Of a DNA stretch of 64,000 nt, positions 30,783 through 41,080 are shown in pieces. The notes below the pieces were generated by a model. The model had not been told where the DNA came from. It saw only the letters and a list, made by a program, of their open reading frames with translations, and did not search any database. Where the stretch lies: NCBI GenBank assembly GCA_902529105.1, contig CABZUW010000003.1, positions 31,825 to 95,824 of the forward strand, written 5' to 3'. How positions within the stretch are numbered: the stretch's first letter is position 1; every line of letters begins with the position of its first letter. Origin of the DNA: an uncultured Pelagibacteraceae bacterium. Its GTDB lineage: Bacteria; Pseudomonadota; Alphaproteobacteria; Pelagibacterales; Pelagibacteraceae. The position numbers were made by a program, and so were the translations under genes.

Positions 30783-32044
30783 TTTAAACTTAACACTTCT
30801 CCAGCTAGGTATAATGATCCAGTAATCAATAAAATATCTCCCTCTTTTAAGTTTATAGATTTTATAGCTTCAAATATATTGGGCTGACATTTTACATTTG
30901 GTAAATTCTTAAATTTTTTGACTAAATCTTTACCACTCATTGAATTCGGTTGATTTGGAATATCTACTGTAGTTAAAGATGTAATATTTTTAAAATAACT
31001 TATATATTTTTCGTGGCATTTATTAGACATCATTCCAACAATAACATGTTTATTGCAGTCAAGACTTTGGAGATATTCATTTAGTGCTCTTGCCCCATCT
31101 TCATTATGACTTCCGTCAACTATTAATTTATTTTTTTTTACCAACTCTTTTAGTTTACCAGTTTTAATTTCTTGAAGTCTAGCTAAGTCAGATATTTTTG
31201 TTACTCCTTTTTGAATATGCTCCTCTTTAACTTCAAGATCTAAAACTCTGAGAGTTGCAATTGCAGTAGATATATTTTCTAATTGAAATTGACCTTTGAT
31301 ATTAGGCATTTGAAGCTTTAATCCTCCAAACTTATCCTCATAATAAAAAAAATTATTCACACCAACTGAGTAACTAAAGTCTTTATTAAAAAATATCTTA
31401 TTAGATTGGTTTTGAGAGATGGTTTTCTTGATGCAATTCATAGTTTCATCTGTGCTTTGTTTAGCCACAATAATATTTGAATTTAAAAGTGTAGATGTTT
31501 TTTCAAAAACAATTTTTTCGATTGTTTGTTCATTTTTTGGAAGCCAATCGAGATGATCTTTGCTTATGGAAGTGACAACACTAGCAAGGTTTTGTTTTAT
31601 TACATTTGTTGCATCAAACCTGTGAAATAATCCAGCCTCTACAAGATTAATATTTTTGGGGTATTGAGCGGCTTTGTAAAAAAATGAAGCTGTTAATATT
31701 TCAAAAAAAGTAATTAAATTATTATTATTTATATTTTCTACTTCTTCAAATAATTCAGCTAACTCGTCATCGCTTAATTCTTTATTGTTAAAAACAAATC
31801 TTTCATTTATTTTTAAGATATGTGGACTTGTATAAACATTACAATTAAAATTAGCTTCTTTTAAGATAGCAAGCATTGCACTGATTGTGCTATTCTTGCC
31901 ATTTGTACCTAAGACTGAAATAACTTCGATTTTATTTTGGGGGTTTCCTAATTTTTTACACAGTTCTTTGCAACGCTCTAAACTAAGATCTATCTCTTTA
32001 GGATGCAGCTTTTGTAATCTGCTTAATATTTTCTGAAGTTTCAT
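30779..32044 (-). CDS. folC: Folylpolyglutamate/dihydrofolate synthase
   Basis: GTNGK, YTSPH..ERF, DATN, DGSHN, TGSLYLAG. Confidence 0.95.
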   Translation of the reverse strand: MKLQKILSRLQKLHPKEIDLSLERCKELCKKLGNPQNKIEVISVLGTNGKNSTISAMLAILKEANFNCNVYTSPHILKINERFVFNNKELSDDELAELFEEVENINNNNLITFFEILTASFFYKAAQYPKNINLVEAGLFHRFDATNVIKQNLASVVTSISKDHLDWLPKNEQTIEKIVFEKTSTLLNSNIIVAKQSTDETMNCIKKTISQNQSNKIFFNKDFSYSVGVNNFFYYEDKFGGLKLQMPNIKGQFQLENISTAIATLRVLDLEVKEEHIQKGVTKISDLARLQEIKTGKLKELVKKNKLIVDGSHNEDGARALNEYLQSLDCNKHVIVGMMSNKCHEKYISYFKNITSLTTVDIPNQPNSMSGKDLVKKFKNLPNVKCQPNIFEAIKSINLKEGDILLITGSLYLAGEVLSLN

Positions 32045-32939
32045 TATTTGCTGTTAAATTTACCTCAGTATTTTTATGAAGCAATATAGATAATATGTTA
32101 CCAATCTCTGCTGCTAAATCTCTTCTATGTATTACAGAATCAATAAATCCATGTGCTTGTAAAAATTCGACAGTTTGAAAGTCACTAGGTAATTCCTGTT
32201 TCACAGTTGCTTGTACAACTCTGCGACCAGCAAAAGCACAAAGTGCACCTGGTTCTCCAAATATAACATCGGCTGTCATTCCGTAACTTGCAGAAATTCC
32301 TCCAGCACAGGGGTCCACTATACATACTATGTAAGGCAATTTAGATTTTTTAAGTTCATTAATTGCAATTGTTGTTTTGCCCATTCCAGCTGTAAGGCTG
32401 ACCGCAGAGGCCATCATTCTCATTCCTCCTCCACTGCAAAAATTTACAAAAGGAATTTTATCATCTAGGGCCCTTTGGACGGCATAAACTATTGCTTCCG
32501 ACTCTGCTATAGATACAGAGCCACCTAAAAATTCAAAATTTGATGCAGCAGCTATTACTTCAATGTTGTTTATTTTCCCTTTAGCCACCATTATTGCACA
32601 GTCCTGTCCAGTTTTTTTCTTTGCATCTGATAGTCTATCTTTATAAGGCTTTACATCCTCCCATTTTAAAGGATTTTCATCTCCAGGTATCGGTGTTTCT
32701 AATATTTCATAATTATCTTTACCAAAAAAAATATTAAACCTTTGCAAACAGTTTATTCTGTGATGCTTTCCACAAGCATTACATACCCAAAAATTATCCT
32801 CCAAATCTTTTTTTAATATCGGGCCAGTGCAACAGCTTGTCCAATCTGAATTTTCCACTTCCTCTTTAGTAGGGAATTTTTTCTTAAAATTTATTTTAAT
32901 TCTTTGACCTAAATGTTTAATTTTTTTAATCCAATTCAT
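31998..32939 (-). CDS. accD: Acetyl-CoA carboxylase carboxyltransferase beta subunit
   Basis: N-terminal Cys cluster, FLGGS, SGGGMRM, FAGRRV; trpA-accD-folC synteny. Confidence 0.93.
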   Translation of the reverse strand: MNWIKKIKHLGQRIKINFKKKFPTKEEVENSDWTSCCTGPILKKDLEDNFWVCNACGKHHRINCLQRFNIFFGKDNYEILETPIPGDENPLKWEDVKPYKDRLSDAKKKTGQDCAIMVAKGKINNIEVIAAASNFEFLGGSVSIAESEAIVYAVQRALDDKIPFVNFCSGGGMRMMASAVSLTAGMGKTTIAINELKKSKLPYIVCIVDPCAGGISASYGMTADVIFGEPGALCAFAGRRVVQATVKQELPSDFQTVEFLQAHGFIDSVIHRRDLAAEIGNILSILLHKNTEVNLTANNETSENIKQITKAAS

Positions 32940-33736
32940 ATTGTTTTTTTCTTTAAATTTTTCACTAACCTACTTACATTTGTGACAGGATTTTGTCTAT
33001 TGTTTAAACTTCTCGTAATTTCTTTACAAATTGCACTACCTACGACCAATCCATCTGCAGATTTAAGTTTTCCGATTGTTTTTTCAGTGATTCCAAATCC
33101 TATTACAACGTTTTTATAGGGACTAATTTTTTTCACTATTTTATAATTTTCCATTATTTTTCTTGTAGTTACTTTTAAAGCAGATCCAGTGGTTGATATC
33201 ATTGAGATCATATAAACCATTGAATCAGAAACCTTTAAAATCTCTTTCATTCTTTGTTTGCTTGTTGTAGGTGCAATTAATTGAACAAAACAAATTGAGT
33301 TTTTTTTACATAATCTAGCAAAATTTTTGTTATCTGGATAAGATAAATCCACTACAATTAATCCGTCTACACCTACCTCTTTACATTTTTTAATAAATTT
33401 AACTTCACCATAATTAAAGATCATTTGGTAATAACCCATAAGTATTATTGGTTTAGAAAACTTATTTTTTTTATACTTTTTGACCATTTGAAATATATTT
33501 TTTAGCTTTATTCCATTAGTCAGAGCCCTATAGGAACTATTTTGTATCTCTTTACCATCAGCGGTTGGACAGTTATGAGCAATTCCCCATTCTGCAATAT
33601 CTATATTTTCAGATATAGAGTTTAAAATATTTAAGGAATTTTCTTTGTTGTTATCACCACATACCGTATATGAAATTAATGCTGGTCTGTTTTGATTTTT
33701 GGCTTCTTTGAAAATATTGTCTATTGAATTTTTCAT
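32936..33736 (-). CDS. trpA: Tryptophan synthase alpha chain
   Basis: PTADG..IQ, PIILMGYY, VDGLIVVDL, APTT, GFGI, DGLVVGSA. Confidence 0.93.
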   Translation of the reverse strand: MKNSIDNIFKEAKNQNRPALISYTVCGDNNKENSLNILNSISENIDIAEWGIAHNCPTADGKEIQNSSYRALTNGIKLKNIFQMVKKYKKNKFSKPIILMGYYQMIFNYGEVKFIKKCKEVGVDGLIVVDLSYPDNKNFARLCKKNSICFVQLIAPTTSKQRMKEILKVSDSMVYMISMISTTGSALKVTTRKIMENYKIVKKISPYKNVVIGFGITEKTIGKLKSADGLVVGSAICKEITRSLNNRQNPVTNVSRLVKNLKKKTI

Positions 33737-34947
33737 TTTGGGTAATATCCAATATTTTCAATATAAATTTTTTTGTCTTTGTAGCCTTTGCCGCAATTAT
33801 TTACCACAATCACATCGGTTTTATTTAGTTTAGGAGCAATACGAATACACTCGCTCCAAGCGTGGGCTGGTTCAAGACTTGGTCTCAAGTTTTCTAACTT
33901 ACTAACTAGTTTGAATGCATTTAATGCCTCTTTGTCAGAAGCCAATGTGTATCTTGCTCTTTTTGTGTCCTTTAGTAAACCATGCAAAGGCGACGAGCCC
34001 GGATAATCTAAACCTGCAGACAATGAATGAGTCTCCGCAATTTGACCCTCTTTATCAACTAAACAATATTGTGCAGCTCCATGGAGAATAGCAACTTTTG
34101 CATTTGTCGCTAGTGGTGCTGCGTATTTTGCTTCAACCCCAATAAGTTCAACATGTTTTTTATCGTAATCTATAAACTCATTCCAAAACCCAAGTGCTGA
34201 GCTTCCTCCACCTATAACATTAATTAGTTTGAGTTTAGGAATTTCTCCAAACTCTCTTATTAATTGTCTTTTTAATTCTCTTGAAATTTGAGATGTGCTC
34301 CAGGCACAAATTTTTAAAAAAATATTTGCTCCAATTGCAGATCCTACAGCTAAATGAGTTGTATCACAGTTACTGACATAATGCCTCATACATTCTGAAA
34401 CTGCATCAACTAGGGTTTTTGAACCTGAATCAACTGGTACAACTTCAGCACCTGCTTCTCGCATAAATTTAACATTTGGCGCTTGTCTAGAAATATCTTT
34501 CGTACCCATAAAAATTTTTGCAGATAATTTCATTTCTTTTGCTGCAAGAGCTAAATTTTTTCCAAACATTCCAGCTCCTGTATCTCCAGCTATAAATTTT
34601 TTACCAGACTCTTTACAAATTAATGCATTTACAGTTGCGTGGTATGCCTTATGCGCATCCCCATTAATTGCAGAAACGTCTTTACACCATATTTGAGCTC
34701 CCCCAAGATATTTTGTTAAATTATTCAGTTTGAAAAAGGGAGTTTCGCCACCTAAGTAATGTTTAAAGTAAAAGTCTCTTTTCTTAAGAAATTTTTTACT
34801 TTTTCTTAATTTTTCAAAAAGTTTGGATAAATCTTCGATAGGCTTTCTAGCTGTCTCTGCTACAAAATTTCCCCCAAACTTTCCATTACAATAAAATCCA
34901 AACTTGTCGTGTTGATCGATTATATTAACTCCTTTTTTTAATTTCAT
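33733..34947 (-). CDS. trpB: Tryptophan synthase beta chain (divergent)
   Basis: FGGNFV, AHK (PLP lysine), TGAG, GGGS, HSLSAGLDYP; lies between trpF and trpA. Confidence 0.92.
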   Translation of the reverse strand: MKLKKGVNIIDQHDKFGFYCNGKFGGNFVAETARKPIEDLSKLFEKLRKSKKFLKKRDFYFKHYLGGETPFFKLNNLTKYLGGAQIWCKDVSAINGDAHKAYHATVNALICKESGKKFIAGDTGAGMFGKNLALAAKEMKLSAKIFMGTKDISRQAPNVKFMREAGAEVVPVDSGSKTLVDAVSECMRHYVSNCDTTHLAVGSAIGANIFLKICAWSTSQISRELKRQLIREFGEIPKLKLINVIGGGSSALGFWNEFIDYDKKHVELIGVEAKYAAPLATNAKVAILHGAAQYCLVDKEGQIAETHSLSAGLDYPGSSPLHGLLKDTKRARYTLASDKEALNAFKLVSKLENLRPSLEPAHAWSECIRIAPKLNKTDVIVVNNCGKGYKDKKIYIENIGYYPK

Positions 34948-35561
34948 ATTTTCGCAAATAAGTTTAACAATTTATTAATTTTATTTATATCTTTTTTTCC
35001 ATTTATATCTTCAATTGCTCCACTAAGATCAATTATGAAGTCTTTATTTTTAAATTTAGAAATATCATCTATTTGTATATTTCCTGCAATCATTTTATTC
35101 AATTTATCAGGTACCTCATCTAGCAGGCTATGATCAAAACTTTCAGATCTATGGTAACCCTTTGAGTCAAATAATATTATGTCCGCGATATCTAAATAGT
35201 CTTTATATTTAATCACATCATTTTTACCTGAAACAGTAATTGCACTAATTATTTTGATTTTATATTTTAATTTAATTGCTTTAGTTCTTTCAGAATTAAC
35301 GTCATATAATTGATAATAATCAAAATTTAAATTTTTAATTTTGTCTAAAATATTATCATCTGGATTTACAAGCACAGATACAAAACTTACATTTTTTTTA
35401 TCTACATCAACCAAACTTTTTAGTTTTTCATATTCAACGAATCTTCTACTTTTTTCGTAATTAGTTATGAAACCTATCATTGTAGGTCTTTGATTGTGAT
35501 TTAAGATATAATTTAGTGTTTCAGGATCTGAGATACCGCAAATTTTTAATCCTTTGATCAT
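34944..35561 (-). CDS. trpF: Phosphoribosylanthranilate isomerase
   Basis: KICGI, LFDS, DLSGAIE..G.KD. Confidence 0.9.
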   Translation of the reverse strand: MIKGLKICGISDPETLNYILNHNQRPTMIGFITNYEKSRRFVEYEKLKSLVDVDKKNVSFVSVLVNPDDNILDKIKNLNFDYYQLYDVNSERTKAIKLKYKIKIISAITVSGKNDVIKYKDYLDIADIILFDSKGYHRSESFDHSLLDEVPDKLNKMIAGNIQIDDISKFKNKDFIIDLSGAIEDINGKKDINKINKLLNLFAKI

Positions 35562-36232
35562 CGATTTAAGTGATCAATTAATTTTTTAATATTTTTTTTA
35601 ATATTACCTTTGGTTATGTCCCTACCTATTACAAGCCAATTAGATCCATTTGCATAAGCTTGTTTTGGAGTCATAATTCTTTTTTGATCATTAGTTTTTG
35701 AGGTAAACCTTATACCAGGAGTTATTATTTCTTTTTTAAATACTTTTTTTACTAATTTTACTTCTTGTGCACTACAAACAATAGCATCGAGCTTTGCTTT
35801 GCTTGCTAATCTAGCTTGATGAATAACTAATTTTTTAACATCTTTTTCAAATCCAATCTCTTTTAAAGTCTTATTATTCAATGAAGTTAATATAGTCACA
35901 CCTACTAATTTAATTTTACCTGAATTTTTTTTTGAAGCTTTAAGAGCCTCTAAACCCGAACTTATATGTATTGTTAAATAATCTACTTTTAAATCTTTTA
36001 TAGCTTTAATTGTTGATACACACGTATTTGGAATGTCATGAAGCTTTAAATCAGCAAATAAAGTTAAATTTTTTTTTTTAGATATAAAAGATCTACCATT
36101 TTTAGAATTTAAAAATTCAAGACCAAATTTATAGCCTATTTTAAGTTCAGTTTTTTGTGATTTTTCAATTATTTCTTTAACCTTAGATATTTTTGTTGTG
36201 TCACAAGCTATAAATAATTTTTTATTTTTCAT
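35558..36232 (-). CDS. pyrF: Orotidine-5'-phosphate decarboxylase
   Basis: DLKLHDIPNT, VTILTS, TPGIR, DQKR, VIGR. Confidence 0.97.
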   Translation of the reverse strand: MKNKKLFIACDTTKISKVKEIIEKSQKTELKIGYKFGLEFLNSKNGRSFISKKKNLTLFADLKLHDIPNTCVSTIKAIKDLKVDYLTIHISSGLEALKASKKNSGKIKLVGVTILTSLNNKTLKEIGFEKDVKKLVIHQARLASKAKLDAIVCSAQEVKLVKKVFKKEIITPGIRFTSKTNDQKRIMTPKQAYANGSNWLVIGRDITKGNIKKNIKKLIDHLNR

Positions 36233-36509
36233 TAATTTTTTTTTGCCATTTCTTTGAAATTTTAAATTTAATTAACTTTCTTTCTGGAACAAATACTTTT
36301 TGATTATTCCTCGGGTCTCTAGCATGTCTGGCTTTAAGTAATTTTGTCTCAAAGATTATGCAATCACGCAACTCAACTCGTTCGTTATCTTTCAAAGATT
36401 TTTTAATATTTTCTAAAGTAATAGATATTATTTTCGAAAGATTTTTTTGACCAAAATTGGGAAAATTTTTTGATAATTGTTTTAAAATATCTGACTTATT
36501 ATATGACAA
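36222..36509 (-). CDS. ihfB: Integration host factor beta / HU-family protein
   Basis: RVELR, ARDPRN, VFVP..KFK; rpsA-ihfB-pyrF synteny. Confidence 0.85.
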   Translation of the reverse strand: MSYNKSDILKQLSKNFPNFGQKNLSKIISITLENIKKSLKDNERVELRDCIIFETKLLKARHARDPRNNQKVFVPERKLIKFKISKKWQKKINEK

Positions 36510-36514
36510 ACTTT

Positions 36515-38239
36515 TTATTTTTTGTTTTTCTCTTTTTCAGATAATTTATCAGATAAATTCGCAAAAGGTAACGACTTCCCAGATGATAAATCACCAAAGT
36601 TTTTAAGAGCGATTTTATTATTTATTTCCTCTACTCTTTTGATGCTTAAAGATACTTTACGTTTCTCAAGTGAAATTTCAGTTACCGCACAATCAACCAC
36701 ATCTGACACTGTGAAACGCTCAGCTCTTGCATCTGCGTTTTCAATTGCAATTTGATTTTTCTTAATAAAAATTTCTAAGTCAGAGCCTTCAGGCTTAACA
36801 ATTAAACCCTTCTTATCTACCGATATAACTCTTGTTGTAACTATATCATCTATTTTTTTTCCATTCCAAAAACTCATCGGATCTTGCTCTAACGCCTTTT
36901 TACTTACAAGTATCTTTGAGTTTTCAACGGAGATATCTACAATTTTAACCTTTACCTTATCTCCTTTTTTATAATTTTGTAATTGTTCTTTAAAATTTCC
37001 TGTCCAACTTAGTTGATTTTGATGTAAAAAAGCCTGAAGATTTATTTCTGGAAGCTTGACCAACAAACCATTTTCATTCTTATCAACAATGGTAACCTCT
37101 ATAGCTGAATCTAAATCATATTTATCTTTAACTGTTTGATAAGGATTTTTTGTTGTAAGTTTGGATGATATCGAGATCCTTTGATTGTCTTTATCTATTG
37201 ACAATATCTGTGCTTTAATTTTTTGACCAACTTTAAAATAATTTTTAGGAAACGGATTTTTTTCAGTCCACGAAATTTGAGACTGATGTAATAAAGCAAT
37301 TAATGAGTCCTCTAGTTCACAAAATACTCCATATGCTAAGACTTTTTTAACAATAACCTCATAGTTCTCACCCTCTTTATACTTATGAATATTATCAAAT
37401 GGGTTTTTAAGAAGAGCCTTGATTGATACACCTATCTGTAATTTTTTCTCATCTTTGCTAATTACTTCAACTGGTATTTTTTGTCCTACCTCAAATATAT
37501 CATTTAAATTTTCTATTCTTTGATAGCTGCAGCATGATGAGTGGCAAAGCGCATCTAATTCACCATTTATTTCAAAAAATAAACCCCAATCAGTTATACT
37601 TTTAATAACAGCATCATCAATACGATCCCCAACTGAATATTTAGAGAATTTCTCTTTTTGATCGCCTTTTTTATTTTCAGTAATTAGTTCTCTTCTTGAG
37701 CAACATAAATTTGCTCTTTTTCTATCGGCTTGAATAATTTTAACTTCCATTTCCGAATTTAATACATTTGCACTTTCTTTTGTAGGTCTAGATGATAGTT
37801 GTGATGCAGGCATAAATAATAAATGCTTTGTCTCAATTTCTTCACATACGTAGCCGCCTTTAATTTTATTTTTAATTTTAATTTTGATTACCTCATTATT
37901 CTCATATTTTTTTAGTAGAGTTTCCCATCCTTCAATTTTTTTAGCTTTAGAGGCTGAAACAACAATTTCACCAGATCTTGATTCTAAATTCTCAACCACA
38001 ATTTTTAGTTTTGAGCCTTCCTTTAGCTTATCTAACAAATTTATTTCTTTAATTTCGTTTATATCAATTGCCGGTTCTGATTTTAGTTGATCTAGATGAA
38101 CCCAGCAATATTTCTGGGAAATTTTAGTAACGGTAGCTTCATAAATTTTTCCCTCTTCAATTTTAATTTTAGATTGATTATTTAACAGATTTGCAAATTC
38201 TTTTTCATTTGCAGATGTAATTTGTTTATATATTTCCAT
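36515..38239 (-). CDS. rpsA: 30S ribosomal protein S1
   Basis: Six tandem S1 domains (WGLFFE, YGVFCE, HQSQISW, RISISSK). Confidence 0.93.
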   Translation of the reverse strand: MEIYKQITSANEKEFANLLNNQSKIKIEEGKIYEATVTKISQKYCWVHLDQLKSEPAIDINEIKEINLLDKLKEGSKLKIVVENLESRSGEIVVSASKAKKIEGWETLLKKYENNEVIKIKIKNKIKGGYVCEEIETKHLLFMPASQLSSRPTKESANVLNSEMEVKIIQADRKRANLCCSRRELITENKKGDQKEKFSKYSVGDRIDDAVIKSITDWGLFFEINGELDALCHSSCCSYQRIENLNDIFEVGQKIPVEVISKDEKKLQIGVSIKALLKNPFDNIHKYKEGENYEVIVKKVLAYGVFCELEDSLIALLHQSQISWTEKNPFPKNYFKVGQKIKAQILSIDKDNQRISISSKLTTKNPYQTVKDKYDLDSAIEVTIVDKNENGLLVKLPEINLQAFLHQNQLSWTGNFKEQLQNYKKGDKVKVKIVDISVENSKILVSKKALEQDPMSFWNGKKIDDIVTTRVISVDKKGLIVKPEGSDLEIFIKKNQIAIENADARAERFTVSDVVDCAVTEISLEKRKVSLSIKRVEEINNKIALKNFGDLSSGKSLPFANLSDKLSEKEKNKK

Positions 38240-38353
38240 TCTGAATAACTAAATTATTTCGAAGCATCTTTTATTTAAAAAATAGTTATTAATCAAGATA
38301 TGAATCATTATTTTTATATGATTTATTAAATTTTCTAGATAATTTTAGTACTA

Positions 38354-39682
38354 TTATTTGATCTTTGCACCCAATTTTTTTAATAGCACTAAAAAATTAG
38401 GAAAAGACGAATTAATTGAACTTTTATCATAAATTTTAAAACACCCACCTAGTGTAAGTGCCGCCACACAAGACATCATAAACACCCTATGATCTTTTAA
38501 AAAATTTTTGACAATTATCGTTTTTTTTAAGCTAATATCTGGATTTCCATAAATTTTGAGGCTGTCAAATTTTTCATCAACTTTTATTCCAATAGATTTT
38601 AAAAATTTTGCAGCTATTTTTAACCTATCACTCTCTTTTTGTCTAAGTTCTTTAATTCCTGTAAACTCTGATACTCCTTTAGCTTTAGCACACGCTAAAA
38701 AAATAATTAAAAACTCATCTATGCTTTTAGTGTTCAAAGATCTAGGACATTTAATTCCTTTCAAATTTTTGGAACTTTTGACTAATATATCAGCTAACCT
38801 TTCTCCTCTGTAATTTCTTAAATTAGAAACTTTTATTTTTGCCTTCATTTTTTTCAAAATTTCAAAAATCCCTACTCTGGATTTATTAAAATTAACATTC
38901 TTTATTATAAGACGAGATTTATTTGCTAGAATAGTTAGGACAATAAAAAAGGCGGCAGAACTAATATCACCCGGAATTTCATAATCAAAACCTTTGAAGT
39001 GTTGTTGTCCATTAATTTTAATTATATCAAAGCTTTTGTTTTTTTTTAATTTTATAGGAATTTTCAAACAGTTCTTTATCATTATCTCAGTATGAGTTCT
39101 TGATGGTTTCGTTTTAATTACAGTTTGACCAGGAGCGCTAAGTGATGCAAGTAGAATAGCACTTTTAACTTGAGCACTTCCTTTTTCTTCTTTGTAATAA
39201 ATTGGTCGTAAATATTTAGATCCTTTGACTATAACTGGTAATTTATCTCTTCTTGTTTTTATGTTTATTCCAAATAATTTTAAAGGTTTTACAACTCTAG
39301 AAAAATCCCTTTTAGATAAACTATTATCACCAACAATTTTAACATTTTTTACATCTCCAGCTAATGCACCACATAATAAGCGAGCAAATGTTCCAGAATT
39401 ACCCGCATTTATAATTATATTATCTTTATGTTCAAAACCATTTAAGCCGACTCCATTTACTTCATAATATTTTTTTTTTTTAATAATTTTAACTCCAAGC
39501 TTTCTCATTGAAATTATTGCATTCATTACATCTTCAGATTCTAATAAATTAAATACTCTGGACTTACCTAAAGCTTTTGATGCTAGTAAAATCCATCTTA
39601 TAGATAGAGATTTGTCTCCTGGTATATTTAATTTTTTGTTAAAACTTGGAATTAACGAATTAATTGACAAATATTTTTTCAT
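38354..39682 (-). CDS. aroA: EPSP synthase
   Basis: PGDKSLSIR, GNSGT, SAQVKS, PGDISSA, KESDR, DHR. Confidence 0.96.
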   Translation of the reverse strand: MKKYLSINSLIPSFNKKLNIPGDKSLSIRWILLASKALGKSRVFNLLESEDVMNAIISMRKLGVKIIKKKKYYEVNGVGLNGFEHKDNIIINAGNSGTFARLLCGALAGDVKNVKIVGDNSLSKRDFSRVVKPLKLFGINIKTRRDKLPVIVKGSKYLRPIYYKEEKGSAQVKSAILLASLSAPGQTVIKTKPSRTHTEIMIKNCLKIPIKLKKNKSFDIIKINGQQHFKGFDYEIPGDISSAAFFIVLTILANKSRLIIKNVNFNKSRVGIFEILKKMKAKIKVSNLRNYRGERLADILVKSSKNLKGIKCPRSLNTKSIDEFLIIFLACAKAKGVSEFTGIKELRQKESDRLKIAAKFLKSIGIKVDEKFDSLKIYGNPDISLKKTIIVKNFLKDHRVFMMSCVAALTLGGCFKIYDKSSINSSFPNFLVLLKKLGAKIK

Positions 39683-39687
39683 CAAAA

Positions 39688-40467
39688 TTAGTTAATATTA
39701 AATGTATCTCCGAAATAAAAACTTTTTGCTTCCTCATTATTTATAAGATCCTTAGGTGAACCTTGTGCTATAATTTTTTTATTTGCTAAAACAACTGCTC
39801 GGTCTGAGATTTTCAATAAATCAGCAGCAGCATGATCTGATATCACGCAACATCTATTAATATCTTCTGTTTGCAAATTCATTATAGTTTCTTGTAAGTA
39901 ATTTGTAGACATTATATCAAGCCCCTGAAACGGCTCATCCATCAAAACAATTTTTGGATTTGATAAAAGAGCCATAGCAATTGAAACTCTTTTTTTTTGC
40001 CCGCCAGACAAGTATTTTGCTTTTATATTTTTTACAGCATCTAATTCAAATTTTGCAATCATTTTTTCAATTTTATAATTTATATCTTTTTTATCTTTAA
40101 TTACTAAATCAGCGATAGCATTTAAGTTTTGATAACATGATAGATCAGAAAATATTCCTCCCGACTGCGGTACAATACTTACTCCGAATTCTAGGGCTCT
40201 ATGATAGATAGGTAATTTCGTTACCTTTTTTTTATTAATAAAAACATCTCCATAATCTGGTTTTAATAGACCAATTATTATATTAAAAATTGTTGATTTA
40301 CCAACTCCGTTCGGCCCAAGTATCCCACAAATCTCACCTTCCCTGATGGTAAGCGATATATTGTCTAAAATTTGCCTTTTGTTAAATGACAGAGAAATAT
40401 TTCGAAGTTCAATTTTTGGTCTTTCTTCTTTAAACTTTGTAATATAAAATTTCTTAACTACACCCAT
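39688..40467 (-). CDS. lptB: LPS export ABC transporter ATPase
   Basis: GPNGVGKST, LSGGQ, MDEPF; follows kdsD and lptC. Confidence 0.88.
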   Translation of the reverse strand: MGVVKKFYITKFKEERPKIELRNISLSFNKRQILDNISLTIREGEICGILGPNGVGKSTIFNIIIGLLKPDYGDVFINKKKVTKLPIYHRALEFGVSIVPQSGGIFSDLSCYQNLNAIADLVIKDKKDINYKIEKMIAKFELDAVKNIKAKYLSGGQKKRVSIAMALLSNPKIVLMDEPFQGLDIMSTNYLQETIMNLQTEDINRCCVISDHAAADLLKISDRAVVLANKKIIAQGSPKDLINNEEAKSFYFGDTFNIN

Positions 40468-40468
40468 A

Positions 40469-41080
40469 TTATTTATAAATAATTTTTACTTTTTGATCAT
40501 TTTTATACATATTTATACTTACATCTTTAGTCAACATATCAAAATCAATCTTGTCTGCTTTTAATTTGATATTTTTGTTATATATTTCTTTTATATTATA
40601 TAGACTAACAAAATTACTATTATACATTAAATCAAGATTCTCTGAAAAAATTTTTAAATCATCATGAACTATGTAAACATTTTCATAAAACTTAGTATCA
40701 AACTCATTTTTATTATGAATTGCATAATCTGAATTTATATATATAGGAGATTTATTTTTTAAAATAATTTTTGCAGATACATCTATAAGTTTTATCAATT
40801 CTTCATTATTTGAGGAGACTTCAGCTGATTTTGAATTTATCAAATATTCATTCCCCATTGTGTCAAAAGATTTATATTTTAAATTACTTATCAAATTTAC
40901 TTCATTTTTTTTAATACTATTAGTTTTTGGATCTAAATTAGTCATTCCCTTTTCATTTGAGATGCTATCCTTAATTTCCTCTTCTACGAAAGACTTGCTA
41001 ATAAAAAAACTATTATAAACAATGTAAACCGATACTAAACAAATAATAATTATTAAAAATTGTATGTATGATTTTCTCAT
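40469..41080 (-). CDS. lptC: LptC-like LPS export protein
   Basis: N-terminal TM helix plus beta-rich domain; lies between kdsD and lptB. Confidence 0.65.
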   Translation of the reverse strand: MRKSYIQFLIIIICLVSVYIVYNSFFISKSFVEEEIKDSISNEKGMTNLDPKTNSIKKNEVNLISNLKYKSFDTMGNEYLINSKSAEVSSNNEELIKLIDVSAKIILKNKSPIYINSDYAIHNKNEFDTKFYENVYIVHDDLKIFSENLDLMYNSNFVSLYNIKEIYNKNIKLKADKIDFDMLTKDVSINMYKNDQKVKIIYK

